Under the pieces are notes generated by a model. It worked only from the letters and a program-made list of their open reading frames with translations. It searched no databases and was not told the origin of the DNA. The position numbers and the translations under genes are program-made. A stretch of 24,000 nt of DNA from Synechococcus sp. RS9909 (GTDB taxonomy: Bacteria > Cyanobacteriota > Cyanobacteriia > PCC-6307 > Cyanobiaceae): NCBI RefSeq assembly GCF_014279595.1, contig NZ_CP047943.1, positions 1,772,422-1,796,421 of the forward strand. Direction: 5' to 3'. Each line of letters opens with the position of its first letter. Within the stretch, counting starts at the first letter, position 1. Shown here piece after piece: positions 22,154 through 24,000 of the stretch.

Positions 22154-22714
22154 ATGGGGACGATTCAGCGCAGGTTCAAGGCGGCCATCAGCACCGCCAT
22201 CAGCATCGCCATGACCGGGTTATGGGTGCCGCCACCGGCGCTTCAGGCGATCGAGATCAACGGTCAGACCAGCTTTGTGGCCGTGCCCACCAAAGCGAAG
22301 CTGATCAATTACCGCTGGTATGCCTTCGAGGGAGGCGCAGAACTCTTCTTCGTGCTTGAGCTGCCCGCCGGCGCCGAAGCCGGCCTCGGCGGCATCAGCC
22401 TGGAACAGATTCGCGGCGTGCAACCCGCCTTCTATTACGGAGCGATCCAACCCACCGCATTTCTGGGCACACCCCGCCGCGAAGGCGCCGCCGTGCCGGT
22501 GACCGCCAGCTTCAGCAATGAGGCCCGCTCGATCGCGATCCGATTTCCGAAACCCGTACCCGCCGGCTCCACCGTCACCGTGGCCTTTCGCATCGGCACC
22601 AACCCTCCGGCCGACATCTATACCTTTGCCGTTTCAGCCACGCCCTGGGGACCGAAGCCGATCCCTCAGAGCGTTGGCGTGGTGCAGATGAGCATCCTCG
22701 AGGCGGGAATTTGA
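22154..22714 (+). CDS. Secreted hypothetical protein, probably the cyanobacteria-restricted DUF2808 family
   Basis: Signal peptide MGTIQRRFKAAISTAISIAMTGLWVPPPALQA|IE. FFVLELPAGAEAGLGGISLEQI and PVPAGSTVTVAFRIGTNPPADIYTFAVSATPWGPKP resemble my memory of DUF2808. Divergent from cpcB. Confidence 0.55.
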   Translation: MGTIQRRFKAAISTAISIAMTGLWVPPPALQAIEINGQTSFVAVPTKAKLINYRWYAFEGGAELFFVLELPAGAEAGLGGISLEQIRGVQPAFYYGAIQPTAFLGTPRREGAAVPVTASFSNEARSIAIRFPKPVPAGSTVTVAFRIGTNPPADIYTFAVSATPWGPKPIPQSVGVVQMSILEAGI

Positions 22715-22742
22715 GACTCCATAGTGGGTGAGCCACCGCCCC

Positions 22743-24000
<1,258 letters not shown>

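Overview
This is a GC-rich segment (about 60-65% by eye, not computed) that looks picocyanobacterial, of the Synechococcus/Cyanobium type. Supporting signs are a bona fide phycocyanin beta subunit, a cyanobacterial A2-type heme-copper oxidase (YSHPAVY motif), a BicA-like SulP transporter and recurrent HIP1 octamers (GCGATCGC). The window is gene-dense with about 30 CDS. I saw no rRNA, tRNA, CRISPR array, transposase or integrase. Housekeeping anchors are dnaA (partial, right edge), gor, a CaCA Na+/Ca2+ exchanger and pyrC. Accessory-looking modules sit between them. (1) A tightly packed minus-strand string runs bicA-like, pyrC, cupin, SMP-30 lactonase, RidA, Nif11-type leader peptide, GlcG-like; an SDR (+) and a partial VOC protein (-) lie at the left edge. 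(2) A plus-strand respiratory module has two paralogous His-rich DUF2231-like membrane proteins translationally coupled to ctaC-ctaD-ctaE, and a GMC flavoprotein follows 24 nt later. The subunit II has lost the CuA ligands, so this is an ARTO-type oxidase. (3) An eight-gene minus-strand string starts with persulfide dioxygenase-rhodanese, a membrane rhodanese and a TauE exporter, under a divergent ArsR/BigR/SqrR-like regulator. It runs with an 18-nt gap into a divergent ExbB-ExbD-ExbD-TonB/TolA-like cluster and a small HExxH protein. Both ExbD-like proteins lack the canonical TM Asp, and the TonB-like protein has a TonB-type anchor but a non-TonB C-terminus. (4) A stand-alone cpcB has no cpcA and ends at a perfect 11-bp hairpin. 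My best candidates for something undescribed are the atypical ExbBD/TonB-like motor cluster and the DUF2231 pair + CuA-less oxidase + GMC dehydrogenase module. All family assignments come from reading the translations by eye; no searches were run.
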